From a virus (lineage: Duplodnaviria; Caudoviricetes), in IMG/VR virus record IMGVR_UViG_3300010052_000172, positions 1 to 35,926 of that record: a stretch of 35,926 nucleotides of DNA; one strand, written 5' to 3'. Positions 34,283 to 35,926 of this stretch are shown here, one piece after another. Numbering within the stretch: position 1 is the first letter of the stretch; the number at the start of each line of letters is the position of its first letter. The translations under genes were made by a program, and so were the position numbers. The notes below the pieces were generated by a model. The model was not told where the DNA came from. It worked only from the letters and a program-made list of their open reading frames with translations, and did not search any database.

Positions 34283-35926
34283 TCAGGCCCGGAGCCCCGC
34301 CCGGTCAACGTGCCTATAGACCGTCATCAGGGAGACCCCAACCTTTCGAGCAATCTCGGCGGCAGGGGTCTCAGCTTTCCACAGATCCACGATCGTCGTG
34401 GCCTTATTGCCGATGTAGTCCTTGGCCGTCTCCTGCTTCTCCACGATGAACGGTCTGACGGCCTCTCCATACGCTTTCTGAGCGGCGTAGAGCTTCTTCC
34501 ACGGCAACGTGACGTACGCCGAAAGGATATCGTCGTCCTGCGATGCGGAGCCGTGAGCGAGCAGCATGGACGCTGTGGACGGATCGGCCATTTCGATGAT
34601 GCGGATTGCCGCCGTCTTCCGGAGCTTCCCAAAGCTGTACTCGTAGAAGTCCGGATGATGCTTCCGGACTCTCTGGATCAGGTTGTCCCAACGCTTCGAA
34701 ACATTGTCGGTGTAGTTCCCGGCCGCAGTGATCTTCCACAGGGGACGGCCGGAACCGGTCAGGAAGACAATGTCCTTCGCTTCATCTGTCTTCGGAGCAG
34801 CACTCCGCCGCCGAAGCTCTGCCGCAAGCTCGTGGGCGGTCTCTGGCCACAGATGATGCCTTGTGTCGTTCCCCGTCTTGAACCGGATGCCGTCGATCTC
34901 GCTCGTGCTGAGCTTCACGTAGGGGACTCGCAAGTTGCCGATCTCCCCGGCTCCGAATGCGCAGTTGAGACCGAGCAGCAATAGAACCCGCTCTGACTCC
35001 GTCGCATGACTGAACAGAATTCGGATCTCATCGTTGCTGATCTCCCAGCGGTCTTTGGCCATCTTCTTTTCGTGCCGCTCGTCGGCCGTCAGCGTGGAGA
35101 CCGTGTAGTCCAACTTGCGGAAGCGAGGCGGCTCCTGCCACTTCCAATCGTCCGAAAGGTCGAGCCAGTCCCAAAAGCAACGGACGGTCTTGAGGATGTT
35201 GCTGGCCGTGGAAGGGGTCATTCGCTCCCGATGCTTGCTCCGGATCGTGAGGGGACGGGTCCGGATGGCGTCGATCATCTCTTGCGCCTTGGCGATGGAG
35301 ACGTCCGAGAGATCGGTCTGGAGGAGTTCCTCCGTCTTGCCCATGTACGCTGCCCACGAGCGAGCTTGGTCACACTGAGTCTTCCCCCAACCGGAGAGAC
35401 CCTTGCCGGGGATGGTGTACTGCTTCACGACTGAAGCCACGTAAGCCTCAATTGCTTTCTCGATCGTCTGGCCGGTCTGACGTGGGACCGTCTTGCCGCC
35501 GGTCAGCCGCCGCAAGTTCGACTCTGCCCCGTAGAATTCAGCCTGCTTCGTCCGAATCATCTCCTTCATCATGGCAGGGTCGGCCTCGAACCCGCCTTTG
35601 GTGCGGATGTTGGCGACTTGGAAGACCTCGTCATATGTCCTGTCTGATTCTGGATAGCCTTCGAATTTGAGTGGCGGAAGGACTGCCGGTTCGCCCTTGG
35701 CGATTCCCTTCGCTGTGGCGAGGTACTCGGCGCACCACTGCGTCCCGTTCTTCCCCCGGAAGCTCGAAAGCTCGTGTAGAGCCACGATCAGCTTGAGCCG
35801 TCGAGTGGCCTCAACCTTGTCCTTCCCGAGTCGAAAATTCTGCTTCGTGCCCTTCTCGTCGACGCCGATCCAACGGGACCAAGTGCCATCCGATCCGAGC
35901 TTCAGGTCTTTGTCGTAGGTCGCCAT
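34283..35926 (-). CDS. int: Tyrosine recombinase/integrase with C-terminal HTH
   Basis: LLLGLNCAFGAGE, RFKTG, FGKLRKTAA, LLAH, SAYV; terminal AEIARKVGVSLMTVYRH. Confidence 0.85.
   Translation of the reverse strand: MATYDKDLKLGSDGTWSRWIGVDEKGTKQNFRLGKDKVEATRRLKLIVALHELSSFRGKNGTQWCAEYLATAKGIAKGEPAVLPPLKFEGYPESDRTYDEVFQVANIRTKGGFEADPAMMKEMIRTKQAEFYGAESNLRRLTGGKTVPRQTGQTIEKAIEAYVASVVKQYTIPGKGLSGWGKTQCDQARSWAAYMGKTEELLQTDLSDVSIAKAQEMIDAIRTRPLTIRSKHRERMTPSTASNILKTVRCFWDWLDLSDDWKWQEPPRFRKLDYTVSTLTADERHEKKMAKDRWEISNDEIRILFSHATESERVLLLLGLNCAFGAGEIGNLRVPYVKLSTSEIDGIRFKTGNDTRHHLWPETAHELAAELRRRSAAPKTDEAKDIVFLTGSGRPLWKITAAGNYTDNVSKRWDNLIQRVRKHHPDFYEYSFGKLRKTAAIRIIEMADPSTASMLLAHGSASQDDDILSAYVTLPWKKLYAAQKAYGEAVRPFIVEKQETAKDYIGNKATTIVDLWKAETPAAEIARKVGVSLMTVYRHVDRAGLRA

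Larger units (their letters stand above)
1..35926. mobile_element. HK97-like temperate siphovirus prophage (att ends not located)
   Basis: Integrase, replication, packaging, head, neck and tail genes in canonical lambdoid order on the minus strand. Confidence 0.95.

Overview
The whole window is one temperate HK97-like (cos-type) siphovirus prophage. It runs from the stop codon of an accessory membrane gene (pos 1) to the start codon of a tyrosine integrase (35926). The host is probably a Planctomycete, inferred from the style of the integrase and tail proteins. Reading right to left on the minus strand: integrase, GNAT, excisionase-like HTH, AAA_25/RepA-like helicase with a repeat-rich putative origin, PD-(D/E)xK nucleases, many small ORFs, HNH, terS, terL, portal, protease, major capsid, neck genes, major tail, frameshifted G/GT chaperones, tape measure and tail-tip genes. 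The plus strand carries a four-gene tail-appendage/glycosyltransferase cassette, an Mrr-like nuclease, and a DisA_N (diadenylate-cyclase-like) plus RES-domain gene pair between terS and HNH. Two results stand out. (1) The DAC + RES pair is a candidate nucleotide-signalling anti-phage system and flanks the likely cos region. (2) A motif (C)TA[CGA][AC]TA lies 4-5 nt before the ATG of 13 SD-less genes, and in several places sits in a hairpin that would hide the SD or AUG in read-through RNA. This suggests a T4-late-like promoter driving gene-by-gene leaderless transcription. No lysis genes, CI-type repressor or att sites could be recognised. All family calls come from motif recognition by eye, without database searches.
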